Shown: positions 26,606-43,639 of the stretch, piece by piece
Layout: every line of letters starts with the position of its first letter
Position numbering within the stretch: the first letter of the stretch is position 1
NCBI RefSeq assembly: GCF_009914755.1
Contig: NC_060928.1
Reading direction: 5' to 3' (one strand)
Length of the DNA: 64,000 nt
From: the human T2T-CHM13v2.0 reference genome, Homo sapiens
Notes under the pieces: model-generated
The model's input: the letters and a program-made list of their open reading frames with translations, nothing else
Database searches by the model: none
Told to the model about the DNA's origin: nothing
Made by a program: the position numbers and the translations under genes

Positions 26606-27511
26606 TAAATAATTGATCAGAAAACAAATGATGAATAAAGCATCTCCCAGCATCATCACAGTCTAATGGTGTAGACTGGCATGAAAACATAGCCTTCAAA
26701 ATAATAATAAACTATAACAATATGAAAGATGATGAAGGATTGTATGTACAGATACTACATATAATTTTCACTTTCTGTAATTGTTTTTGACTCTGATTTT
26801 ATACCTAATTTATATTCAGAAAAGTGACTTATATAAAATAAAAGTCCACATCTAATTAGATAATAGACTCTGTGTCAGAAACGTCTGGCTCCTTTCAGAT
26901 AAAGAAGGACTGGTAAAGCAGCTTCTGGATTTTCAAAATAAATTATATTCCAGAATTACTTATATGACAGAATCAATTCAGTCTCTCCTCTCACTTCTTT
27001 GAGTCCCACTTGCTTTCAGTAGCTGCAAGTCTTGGCAGTTTTTTAATTGTATCTCATACAAAACATTGCTAATAGTGTTTGTCTAACTCTAACATTACTC
27101 TCTTCACCTGCATCCTTACACAACTTCTCTCCAGCACTTCAGGACCTTCTTGATATCTGTAACTGCTCCTCTAGCACTGACCTCAAGCACAGGCTCTAGT
27201 TTTATCATCAGAGGATAAAGACTTCATCAGAGGATCAAGTCAGTCTTGTTTAGAATAGTACAACGGGGGATAGTTCCAAGAAGAATGACAGCTACATGGG
27301 CTAGAATAGTGAGGGGTGACTTTCATGGCTGGTTTCCCATCCTCATGAGCACAGAATAATGAATCTGATTCCATCTCTGTAAGCTCAGGACTTATCATCA
27401 TAGATGTGTAATAATGAAAGGGGTTCATACAAAAGCAGTATCACAGTCACACCATCTACTCTCTTAAAATGCATTTTAAGTCCCCTACTTGTAAATGCTC
27501 ACAACAAATAA

Positions 27512-28090
27512 GATTCATTCCTTCAAAAAATAATTATAGAAGTGTCACTTTCTTCCAAGCACTGTTCTCACATTGGGAAATCTGCAGTGTATACGAAAAA
27601 CTGGAGTTTTCGCCCTCATGAAGCAGATATGCTTGTGTGTTATGTGTGTGGGGGGGCAACAAACATAAAAATATATATCTGAAATGTATCGAGTGCATAT
27701 ATGAGCCATAAACTGTTCTAGCTAATACACTGCAGCATTTTTTTTTAAAAAAGATATCAAATTCTATGAAAAAATAAAGTTAAGTAATAGGATACAGAGT
27801 GATGATGAAAACCAAGAGGGTCAACTAAAACATACTGTGGTTAGAGATCAACATCAAGTTGAGATTTGAATGATCATGAGGTGATAACTATGCAAAGATA
27901 TGGGGGAAGCAGAGGCATAGGAAACAGTGCAAATGCACCAAGCTATGAGCTTGGCTTGCCCAATGGAAAAAGTCAGTATGCTTGGAAAATAATGAAAAAA
28001 AGGGAAGTAGTAGGAGATGAGATTGTATAGGTAGGAGAGCCCAATATCTTTTAGATAATGGTGGAAAGTTGGATTTTATCTAATCCATGG
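27512..28090 (-). mobile_element. L2 3' portion
   Basis: attcattccttcaaaaaataatta...ccaagcactgttct...gccctcatgaagc...gttgagatttgaatga...ttggattttatc. Confidence 0.75.
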
Positions 28091-28961
28091 ATATTCATTA
28101 TTCATTGGGCATTCATGAAATTAATTTTTCATAGGAATGTTGAGTACAGAAGCCTAGCCCTGGTCAATGCGTCCAATGCATTTGCAAGCAGTTGTTTTGC
28201 AAAGAGTTATCCTTGTTAATGTTGCCTTGAGTCAGAAACCCTGGTTGCATTCCTTGATTGTGTCATCCATCACAGTTAACAACATAACTTTACAGGAAAT
28301 AGATCCTCCCTGATCAGAGTTGACTTTCACTGTCCAGTTACAATCCTATTGGGACTTTGCTAAATGAAATGTCTGAAAACTCCCTGGATGAATGAAAGAA
28401 CTATTCTTTTCCAAACACAACAGACTATGACAAGAAGACAAATTTAATTTTGTATTAGTTATATTTGGTCTGGTTAAAACATTTTATTTCCTTTCAGATA
28501 GATAGACTTCCATAGAAACTGTTTTGATGAGTGTTCCCATTAGGTCTTTGAAGCATTCTTAATTGGTAAGTCCAAGTTAAGAATGCATTTAATCAAATTA
28601 CTAAATTTTGAGTGTATAAAGGCTCTGGCAAGGTTTATACACCAATCTCTAAATATGATCCTCAATATATATACCACTGGAGATGTCTCAATCATATTTT
28701 GGTCATATTCTAGCATTAGAAAAAAATGTATTTAATTAATATATTTTGTGTTGATATTTTCACCACATGTGGTCTTGATTTCGTTATCTGGACAGTTTTT
28801 TACATTCCTTATACAGTCATGCAACACCACTACATGGCTAGCATATCCTGTCCTAACTCCTGTCTAAATTGAACAAACACAATGCTCAAATTTTTTCCAT
28901 TCATATTGGTTGCTTACCAGGGTTACAATCCAACAATCTGATTGATCAATAGCCTCCTTAA

Positions 28962-29480
<519 letters not shown>

Positions 29481-30489
29481 TAATAATAATGGATAATGAT
29501 AGATAACATCACAATTACGAACTATGTGCTAACTTATTTTATGCTCATCCCTGGAATACTGTTTTTTATCCCCGTGTACTGATGGATGTTTGGGCAAAAA
29601 AATGAATAAACGGATGAGTGGTCTGACCATTTTCCCACCTAGTCTGGTGCTGGAAGCGGAACTCAGACGTGATTCCCATTTTTGCAGAATGAGGCTTTCA
29701 GTATGCCATTTGATTACTTGATTAATGGAGAATATTGTTCTTCGAATAAGAGACGCTTAGGTGCAGAAAACTTATTTAAAAGTATCAAAAATAATGCTAC
29801 AATGTATGCAACAATAAATATTTAACTTCTCTCTAATTTAAGGGGGCTTGCTCTCCTTAAAAAATCAAATCACTCCATTTAGGCAATGCCTTATTTCCTG
29901 CACACTCCAGCAGCTGTACCTGCCCAAATCCACTGGGCATACAGGCAATCTCTCAGGATCTCAGGCTAGGTAATTATAGGGAGCTGTCCATTCTTGTTCC
30001 TTCACACTGGTGTGCCAAACAGCCTTTCAGTCAATCTGGGTAGTTTCTGGGAATTATCCCTGTCTTCTGTAATTCCCGTAAGGCAGCAGCCTACGTATTC
30101 CCTTTTCTTAGCACACAGAAGGTTCGCCTTCATTTGCCATCGAGATTTAAGGACAGCACAGCCTAACTCCCAAATTTAATTTCAGACACATGTGCCTTGG
30201 ATCAAATATCCTGCTGGCCCCTGTCCAAACCTTCTTTTTTCACCTTGGATTTCCTGACTTAATTACCTCAAACTTAGATAAAGCCAAAGCCAAATTGTAT
30301 GAAAAAGTCATATCTTTAGCCATTATGGTATGGAACATGCTTCAGATTTGAAGCAATTGCAGAACATTAGCTGCAGTAAAACAAGATACAATACTCGCTC
30401 CTAAAACAGTTTTCCTATTCAGCATTTTACTGGGTGTGAATATGTTTTAAGTTATCTTCCTCTACATGCCATCTTTGTCAGTTTCCAAG

Positions 30490-30830
30490 TAAAGAGGTCT
30501 GTGTAGCAAGACCTGGACTGGAATTGTTGAAGGGTGACTCAATAACCACCTTCATTATACCAAGTGTGATTATATGGAGGATGGTGACCAGCTGTTCTCC
30601 CTCTCTGATGAGGCAAAAATGAGAGAAGGAGGGCATAAATTGCAGCTGGAGGGAATTCAGATGATATAAGGAGAAACACTGGGGTAGCAAGCATGGTTAA
30701 GCAGAGGAGGAGTTAGCAGAGCAGTTAATTCCTTCCCTGACAATGTGTCTGGAATAGTTTGTTAAACTTTACATAAGGCAAGGAGTTCACATAGATGACT
30801 TTGACAGAACTTGCTGGTTCCAAGATTTTG
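30490..30830 (+). mobile_element. Ancient CR1/L3 LINE 3' end
   Basis: Translates LKGDSITTF (30527) and YMEDGDQLFSLSDE (30571), like the CR1 ORF2 C-terminus; aaattgcagctggagggaattcagatgatataagg; 3'UTR-like tagatgac...ttcc. Confidence 0.7.
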
Positions 30831-31189
30831 CCTTCATTCCTCATGTGTATTTCAATTGGTGCTCTCACCGTCTACTTTATGATGTTAATCATTTGCAAAA
30901 GTTAAATCAATGAAGGCATCACAAAATTAGTCAGCTAAAGGAGTTATATAATGCAGAAACTATAAAAACTGGCTTTAGAATCAGGCAGAGAGGAGTCCAA
31001 GCTAACTATTTATTCATTTTCTGGCCTTAGGCAAGTTACTCGTGTTTCGGGGTTTATTTTACAGTGGTGGTGTGAGAATTAGATAACATATTTAAAAAAC
31101 ACAAAATAAAAATGAATGAAAATATTCTCATTTTAACCAATGATTTTTGTAGACTTTGTAATTGTTGCTTCAGAACATAGATTAGACTT

Positions 31190-31360
31190 GTTTACATAGC
31201 ATCTCTTGATTTTCACCATAACCTTTGAGATTGAGGTTTGCTATTTTGTAGTTCTAGAAACTGAGGCTCAAATAAGTTGAGGGACTTGTCCAAGGTGACA
31301 CAGCTAATGAAGATGATTTAGAAATTCAAATTAAAACTACTGCTTTCATCTCCAGATCTA
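31190..31360 (-). mobile_element. MIR
   Basis: gaaactgaggctcaaataagttgagggacttgtccaaggtgacacagctaatga core. Confidence 0.85.
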
Positions 31361-33684
31361 GAACCAATTATTTCTATTGTTTCATTATTTATCACACTCC
31401 ATCTTCTAAAACCTGTAAATTTACTGTGACAAAAGAAGAGAATGATCATAACTAACATAACTGTGACCTTTTTTTTCAGAATGCCAAAAATAAAACCACT
31501 TAAACCAGATTGTTCTAGGGATATCTTAATTTGTACTTGAAAAACAAAAGGTCTGACATTTGTTTTATGACAATTTTTCAGCTGCAAAGTCTTTACTTAG
31601 AAAGTTCCCTTTTCTCCTTGAATATACTAAAAGTATTTTATAATAACCTCAGCATCACTGACATTGACCAACTGGGCCTAGGGCAATATCTTTATTGGCC
31701 GTTATTTTTATAACCAGATTTCTATATCGGCATATCTTTATTTGAAGAGAGAAAAGCTACTTTCAGGAGTGAGAAGGCATACTGGAGTAGCTTCCCTAGG
31801 AGTAAAATTCTCAACAATGTGGATTACATTGGAAGAAATTAATTATCATGTATGCCACGGTTCACCTGCCCCTAAATTGGTGGTCAGTGTTTGCTGTTCA
31901 AGTGATCTTTCCCACATTGTTTTTGAGACTCAAAGAGTGATAGAAAATGTGTGATAGCTTTCCTCAGTTAGGGTTCCTCATCTCAATTGCACAATCCAGA
32001 GAATAATTCCAGTGCCTACTATTTCAATCCACCCAAGATGGTACATATGTAATGCCGTTGTAGATGTATAGGAAAGAAGGTCTCTCATTGGATCGAATGG
32101 TTGTCTCTTAGAACAGTAGCAATTTATGGTCTTGTGTAGTCCCTGTTTAGAAAGGCTGTTAAGAGAAACTGGGCACTTAGCTTTTCCTTACTCAATGGGC
32201 TCCCTAAACGTTTCCATCTTCCTAGGATCCTCCAGTTTCAATAACCATGGGCAAAATACAAACCATGCCAAAAGTCCCTCATCATCCACAGGCCTTGATA
32301 CAATGTATAGCCTGCTTTGGCTTTGTTTCACAATGAACTATTAATAGTAATGTCCAGTAAAAAAATGAGCATTAAAAAGCCCTGAGTCCTGAGAATAAAA
32401 ATGTTTATGTAAATTTAATTAATACTAAATACATTTTATGTGCATATAACTGTGCTAATTTCATAAGGAAAAAGAGTATTGCGATAAGCCAGTTCCTGCC
32501 CACCACCCACATTATTATTCAGCTAAGATGTAAAGATTTTATTCATAATATATTTAGAAACAAAAGAGGAGGATAGAATACAACTAAATGCCATCATGAT
32601 AAAAATAAATAAATATCAATTTACAAGATAAAATTCAATATGTAGGTATTCATATATTGGATCTCCCAAAAAGCCCAGATTTTGGATAGAATATACATTG
32701 TATATTGCTAAAATTCTGGTTCACAAGGAGGGCAATATATTACAGAGACAATATAACTAAGAATATAAATAGGTATATATACAGTAATACAATATATATG
32801 GAATATATATGTATACACATACACATATATACATATATAATTAAATTAACAAAAGTGTATGTATCCCACAGTCAACTGTGGGAGGCACAGTAGCTCAGTC
32901 AGAAATAGGTTAGAATTGACTTGGTTATTCTGGGCTCTGTTGAAAGTGCACAAAAGGAAGCTATAATGAAAGCTTGCCTCCCTAGTTTGGTTGTACGGTG
33001 ATAGAAAATCCACTGTTGTCATCCGGACATGTCTTTTTCCAGTCTGTCCAGACAGGAGGGTGAGTTAGGGGTGTGGATATCAAGAAAATCACTATAAAAT
33101 CTTATGGTTGACATCTTTACCCGGCCTGAGAAGTACTGTAATTAGGTAGAACTAAATATACCTTATGTTCTGTGTGTCTACAATGTGGCCAGAAATATGG
33201 AGGTTAGGTAATATCAGTACTCTACATAGAGCAGAGGCTTTAGGGAATCCACCCAAGAGTTCAAGATAAAATTCCAGCTCTTCTAACAGTGATTTAACTG
33301 TGGGTTTGTCAATCATCAAATCTCTGTGTTCTTACCTCAGAAGTGTGAATAATACATAAATTTGCAGGGTTTTGGGAAAACATTAGCATTTACATACATA
33401 CACTACACATGCCCAATACATGATAGTTATTTTTTGGATAAATACTTGAAGTCATTTCTCCCCCTAACTGTAATAAAAATATATAAAATCCTGCATCCAT
33501 CCTAATTTGGGGGATTGTCTGTTTACCCCTGACTGTCTGATTATCCCTGATTTGGGTAATCTTTCTTCTTTACTGTCATTATATATGGTGTTGTTAAGGA
33601 GGGGATACTTGGTACAACACTTGGAAATAAACATTGCTTCCTACATCATCCTTCTGCCTGTTCTTTCATTGAGTAGGAAGAATA

Positions 33685-34095
<411 letters not shown>

Positions 34096-35162
34096 TCAAA
34101 ATATTTTTCAATCCAAATGCCTGCAGATGTAGGTGGAACTGGAACAGCAACTTAATTTTTCCTTGTGCTACACAGGACTTTCATTTAGGCCCTAACCAAA
34201 GTCACTGAGTCACTGTAATTGAATAAGAAAGAGAGCCCAAGCAAAAGGAAGTGTAAAAGGGAACTTCGGGAAGTTAAATTGGTAATAGACTGAAAAAGCA
34301 AGGAAAACTGGTAATGAACTGGCAACCTGAAGCATGGCATTGAGCCTCATACAAATTGTAACTGAAAGTCATTACCTCCTGTGAGCTGCCCATTCGACTG
34401 TTAGAATGTGTCTCCAGCATTGATTCAGTTTCCGCTGGTCACAAGCCCAGTGTAGGGTCTCTTCTTCTAGGACACCTGTGGCACAAAACCGGGCAAAGAT
34501 TAAAGAAGTAAATAAAAGAGAGGAGGAAAGAGGAGCACGTGCTGGATTAGTATAAAGAGAGTGTAGCCCTTTGCCCTGGATATGTTCTCTAAATAGGGAC
34601 ACCCATAAGGCAAGAGTGTTCTGCTTGAAAAGAAATGGCCCCCACATATTCAATCCCATTCACAAGCAGCAGCGAATAAATAACAAATAAGCAAAAGGTA
34701 AACAATTTTTAAGTATCTATTTTGGAAACTTCTACATCTTCAACATATTAGGAGGGATTACAAATGACCATAGAACTTAAGTGCAGTTGGCAACAGGAAA
34801 AAATGACTATTTAGAGGATATTAGAGGAGACTGGATACATTTTCATAATAATAGTAGTAATAATAGCAAGAACATTGCAATAGATTGAACAGCTATTGTG
34901 AGAGAAAAACTTTACATGAATTTCCCATTTAGTTTCCACAAGAATCTTACTAGTTCAAAGGAGAAGAAGGGGAATGAATGCTTTAGGTTGAATTGTGTCC
35001 CTCAACCAAAATTCACATATTAAAGACCTAACCGCTAGTATCTCAGAATGTGAGCAGATTTAAAAATAAAGTTATTGCAGATGTCACTAAGATAAAGTCA
35101 TAGTAGAGTAGGATGGGCCCCTAATCCAATGTTATTAGTGTCCTTGTACAAAAAGAAAATTT

Positions 35163-35199
<37 letters not shown>

Positions 35200-35362
35200 A
35201 AGAATGCCATTGAAGCTTGGAATTGTGCTGCCACAAGTCAACACAATACCAGAAGCTAGGGAAGGATCCTGGAATAGATGTCTTCAAAGGGAACATAGTC
35301 CTACCAACACCCTGATCTCAGAATTCTAGCTTCTAGAACAGTGGGACAATAAATATCTGCTG

Positions 35363-38317
<2,955 letters not shown>

Positions 38318-38829
38318 CTAATACAAGCAGTTTGAGAGATGTTAATCAGTTTTTCAAACCTTACAGAGCCAGTCACTTGTGGAATTGCGATTTGAACAAT
38401 GACCTCTCACTCCAATCCATTTATGTATCCACTTAAGTTCCCCTGTTTCTTCAAACCAGTGCACGGCAACAGGGAAAGGGGTCTGAAATAATGTTTGGTA
38501 CTACACACTTGATACCTGATTTTGCTTTACAAATCATATCCATGCCAGTGGTTCATCCCACCTCTCCTTCAACATTATTGTACAGATATCTCCTTGCCTT
38601 CCAAGACAGATCATTTCAGTTTTGAATAATCAGCAAAGTTAGAAAGCCAAGAATTTCACTCAAAGCTTAGTTCAATCTTAACCTCTGCAAACTTTTCCTC
38701 AAATAACCACATCTCAAATTCAGAAGAACTAAGAAATCATTTAGAATTTACTCAGTGCAGCCTATATAGTTCCTTCTCTTTCTGCTTTACTCTGATTTAA
38801 TAAAGCAAGACAATTTAGTGACTTTGAGC

Positions 38830-39016
38830 ACTTGTTCTCAAAGTGTGGTCCCAAAACCTGAAATATCCGTGCCCCTCTCCCTCGAAGAAATTGTCAGAAA
38901 TGCAAATTATCGCCCAACCTGAGGACTGCTGAATCAAAAGTGTGGATGAACCAGCAATTGCATTTTAACAAGTCCTCCAAGTGATGTGATTCACACCAAA
39001 CTTAGAGAACCAACGG
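38830..39016. mobile_element. MER5A hAT-Charlie MITE
   Basis: gttctcaaagtgtggtccc...agaaatgcaaatt...ctgaatcaaaa...ttttaacaagtcctccaagtgat...gagaacca. Confidence 0.85.
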
Positions 39017-39330
39017 CAGAGGACAGATTCAGTCCTGTATGAAGAAGAAGGCTGATGCTTAACTACAGTCTTCTGATTGTGTTTGTTCCCATTCTATGGT
39101 AGTTTCTTCCATAATAAGATATATCAGACTATAATATTTATATCAGACTATCATATTAATGATTAATAGAGTAGAAGAAATTGTGTAGGAATAGGAAATT
39201 AAAGCTTTCTTAAACTAAAGAAAAAAACAATATAAACAGAGTGAAAAGACATATCATGTGCCAGGTAAAAATAAACAGACTGTACCTAGGAAAATTAAAA
39301 ATCATATTATTATTATGAAAAACAATAGCA

Positions 39331-41339
39331 TCTGAGGCCTTTGTTTTGTTCTAATAGTCTATATGTCTGTTTTGGTACCAGTATCGTGCTGTTTTGGTTG
39401 CTGTAGCCTTGTAATATAGTTTAAAGGCAGGTAGCGTGATGCCTCCAGCTTTGTTCATTTTGCTTAGGATTGTCTTAGCTATAAGGGCTCTTTTTTGGTT
39501 GCATATGAAATTTAAAGTAGTTTTTTCTAATTCTGTGAAGAAAGTCAATGGTAGCTTGTTGGGGATACCATTAAATCTGTAAATTACTTTGGGCAGTATG
39601 GCCATTTTTATGATATTGACTCTTCCTATCCATGAGCATGGAATGTTTTGCCATTTGTTTGTGTTCTCTCTTATTTCCTTGTGCAGTGGTTTGTAGTTCT
39701 TCTTGAAGAGGTCCTTCACATCCCTTGTAAGTTGTATTCCTAGGTATTGTATTCTCTTTGTAGCAATTGGGAATGGGAGTTCACTCATGATTTGGCTCCC
39801 CGTTTGTCTATTACTGGTGTATAGGAATGCTTGTGATTTTTGCACATTGATTTTGTATCCTGAGACTTTGCTGAAGTTGCTTATCAGCTTAAGGAGATTT
39901 GAGGCTGAGATGATGGGGTTTTCTAAAAATACAATCCTTTCATCTGCAGAGACAATTTGACTTCCTCTCTTCCTAGTTGAATACCCTTTATTTTTCTCTT
40001 GCCTGATTCCCCTGGCCAGAATTTCCAATACTATGTTGAATAGGAGTGGTGTGAGAAGGCATCCTTATCTTGTGCTAGTTTTCAAAAGGAATGCTTCCAT
40101 CTTTTGCCCATTCAGTATGATATTGGCTGTGGGTTTGTCATAAATAGCTTTTATTATTTTGAGATATGTCCATCAATAGCTAGTCTGTTGAGAATTTTTA
40201 GCATGAAGGGGTGTTGAATTTTATCAAAGACCTTTTCTGCATCTATTGAGATAATCATGTGTTTTTGCCATTAGTTCTGTTTATGTGATGGATTTCCTTT
40301 ACTGATTTGCATATGTTGAACCAGCCTTGCATCCCAGGGATGAAGCTGACTTGATCATGGTGGATAAGCTTTTTGATGTGCTGCTGGATATGGTTTGCCA
40401 AGATTTTCTTGAGGATTTTCGCATCAATATTCATCAGGGATATTGGCCTGAAATTTTCTTTTTTTGTTGTGTCTCTGCCAAGTTTTGGTACCAGGATGAT
40501 GCTGGCCTCATAAAATGAGTTATGGAGGAGTCCCCCTTTTTTATTTTTTGGAATAGTTTCAGAAAGAATGGTACCAGCTCCTCTTTGTACCTCTGGTAGA
40601 ATTTGGCAGTGAATCTGTATGGTCCTGGGTTTTTTGTTTGTTTGTTTGTTTGTTTGGTAGGCTATTGATTGCTGCCTCATTTCCAAAACTTGTTATTGGT
40701 CTATTCAGGGATTTGACTTCTTCTTGATTTAGTTTGGGAGGGTGTATGTGTCCAGGAATTTATCCATTTCTTCTAGATTTTCTAGTTTATTTACTTAGAG
40801 GTGTTTATAGTATTCTCTGATGGTAGTTTGTATTTCTGTGGGATCAGTGTTGATATCCCCTTTATTATTTTTTTATTGTGTCTTTTTGATTCTTCTCTCT
40901 TTTCTTCTTTATTAGTCTGGCTAGCAGTCTATTTTGTTAATCTTTTCAAAAAAGCAGTATCCGGATTCACTGATTTTTTTGAAGGATTTTTTTATGTCTC
41001 TGTCTGCTTCAGTTCTGCTCTGAACTTAGTTATTTCTTGTCTTCTGCTAGCTTTTGCATTTGTTTGCTACTGTTTATCTATTTCTTTTAATTATGATGTT
41101 AGGGTGTCAATTTTAGATCTTTCCCGCTTTCTCCTGTGGGCATTTAGTGCTGTAATTTTCCCTCTAAACACTGTGTTAGCTGTGTCCCAGAGATTCTGGT
41201 ACGTTGTGTCTTTGTTCTTATTGGTTTCAAAGAACATTTATATCTGCCTTAATTTTGTTATTCATTCAGGAGCAGGAGTAATAATTCAGAAGCAGGTTCA
41301 GGATTAAGAAACTCACTTAAAACTGCACAACTACATGGA
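39331..41339 (-). mobile_element. Older L1PA ORF2 fragment with short 5' inversion; 3' end missing
   Basis: ORFs 39351-40028 and 40255-40686 are decayed ORF2; 41298-41339 is L1 in + orientation. Confidence 0.9.
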
Positions 41340-42057
41340 GGCTATATACTTTTATCAAGTTATATCAAATTATATGTCTGATGAATTTTATTGCCTGTAA
41401 ATGACAATTCAATAAGACTGATATCACAAAAAGTAAAAATAAAATATAATAAAAAGTATACTCTTCAAACTAAAGTTTTAAGAAGAAATTTTTGAGGGAA
41501 AAAGATGAATTTCTAGCCTAGTTGGCTTTCATACCTAAGAAAGTAACAGGAAAATATATTCTTTGAGATTAAGAAAGCACAAAATGCTACACATGTACAA
41601 TTATTAAAAGCATACCACACCCCCACACACAACATGTTTTCTGGACAACATACCCTTAATGAAAGAAAAAAAGAAAGAAAACAAAATCAAATACTCATAA
41701 AAAGGAAACTACAGCATAATATCCCAGTTGCTCATTCAGTACCATCTGGAGTCCTTATCAGCTTTCCCTCAGCAAGAATTTTTTTCTATTCTCTCATTGA
41801 CGATTTGATCTTTTCTCTGCCTGCCTCAAACCTCTGCCCTCCTTTGTCAATTGTCTATTGATTACACTAACTTATACTACATAGAGTTACATTCTCACCC
41901 CACATAGGACCAATTGCATTTCCACACAGATTCAAAATATAGTCTTTCTTCTCTATTCCTACTTTCTCCACTACACTGTAATGGAAAGCTTAATGCATCC
42001 TGCCAATGACCACATCTTACACTTATAACCTAGATCCCATCTCCAACTGTCTTCTGA

Positions 42058-42101
42058 GCCCTTCCCATCCCTCTTTTTTGCCCTTCCCATCCCTCTTTTT
42101 T
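42058..42101. repeat. Perfect 2 x 22-bp tandem duplication
   Basis: gcccttcccatccctctttttt occurs twice in tandem. Confidence 0.95.
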
Positions 42102-42711
42102 CCACTTCTACCTCACTTTTGTATCCTTCAAAAAAGTGTATTGAAAGTGTTAATTCTCTGACTTGACTTTCTCACATTCCAATCTCTTTCACCCATTCTA
42201 ATCTTGTTCCCTTCTCTGCTAAATCTTGCTGTGTTCACAAGTGACCTAGTTGCTGAATCAAATCCATACTTTTTAGTCCTCATTCTTCATTAATTGTGTA
42301 TTGCATATTTCAGTTGCCTATTTAGTACTCTTATTACTTTCTTCCTTCCTAACAGGATTCTAGTTAATCTGGGCAAATAACCCATCGCCACCTAGCCAGG
42401 TGCCTTAGGAGATGTCAATCCTACACTCAGCAGCATTGGAATTAGTCAATTAGCATGATACCCCTTCTATGGCACATGCAGAAATGAGCAAGTGTCCCAA
42501 TTGTAGTGAACAGAACATAAGGAGATGTTAGTAGGTTTAAAAAGATATATATTTTTTCAAGGGATGCATACTCATATAACTCTATTTTCCACTGTCAAGA
42601 GGGGCAGCAAACTTAAGAAAATTTATACTGTGGATGGCAAAGAAAAGAGCCATAATAATTATGCTCCTTTATATCCTTGTTGAGATGCTACATTAATAAA
42701 CCCTAGCATGT

Positions 42712-43140
42712 TGATATCCTTTGAAAGTGTGTCCCCACCCATATATCATATTGAAATGTAATCCCCAATGTTGGAGGTGGGGCTTATTGGAAGGTGACTG
42801 GAGCAAGGGGATGGTTTATCATGAATGGTTTAGCGTCATTCCCCTTGGTACTGTCCTTGTGATAATGAGGGAGCTTGTGAGACCTGGTCATTTAAAAGTA
42901 TGAGGCATCTCCTCCCTCGCTCTCTTGCTTCTGCTCTGGCCATGCGATGTGCCTCCTTCCTGTTCACCTTCTGCCATGATTGTAAGTTTCATGAGGCCTC
43001 CCCAGAAGCTAAGCAGATGCCAGCATCATGCTTCCTGTAGAGCTTGTAAAATGGAACTATAGGCCAATTAAACCCCTTTTCTTTATAAATTACCCAGTCT
43101 CAAGTATTTCTTTATAGCAACATAAGAATGCAGAAATATA
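42712..43140 (+). mobile_element. MSTA/MSTB MaLR solo LTR
   Basis: aaatgtaatccccaatgttggaggtgggg...catgaatggtttagc...ccccagaagctaagcagatgccagcatcatgcttcctgta; TSD catgt/tgtgt. Confidence 0.88.
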
Positions 43141-43639
43141 TGTGTGATCCAGTGTAAGTTCTTGTTGTTTATGACAATCTTAATGCATCCAAAATCTCCT
43201 TCTCAGCAGCATTTGAGAACATCTCTATGACAGTTCCCCGATATTCTCCTATCTCTTTAGCTACTTCTCCACATTCTGCTTTGTGTAATCCCACTCCTCT
43301 TTGTGACCCCAAATTTGTGTGGTCCTGAGGCCTCATCTCCCACTCTTCAATAGGACTGGTCTACTGTCATTTGCTTAAATTGGATAAGGTTTGTCTTCCT
43401 TAAGTTCCCTACACATGCTGATATTTTGCCACAATGTTTCTTTCACAGTCTGTCTGTCTGCATAGATTCTATTCATTCTTCATGGCATATCTTAAATATC
43501 ATTTCCTCTGAACAGCTTTTATTTTACCCCCTAGTCTATTTCAGCCCTGCTATAATTCCTCATTGTTTCCTCTGCTTTTTTAAATTAGCACCTGACACAA
43601 TTTATTTTTTAATATCTGGATAACATCAGTAACAACACT

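Noticed and set aside
39120-39151. Short spaced direct repeats (also ~52014-52048, ~57632-57684) as CRISPR-like arrays
   Set aside because: Only two copies each, typical slippage duplications in eukaryotic DNA
40801-41307. 168-aa hydrophobic ORF resembling a membrane protein
   Set aside because: Antisense of A-rich L1 ORF2; T-rich codons explain the hydrophobicity
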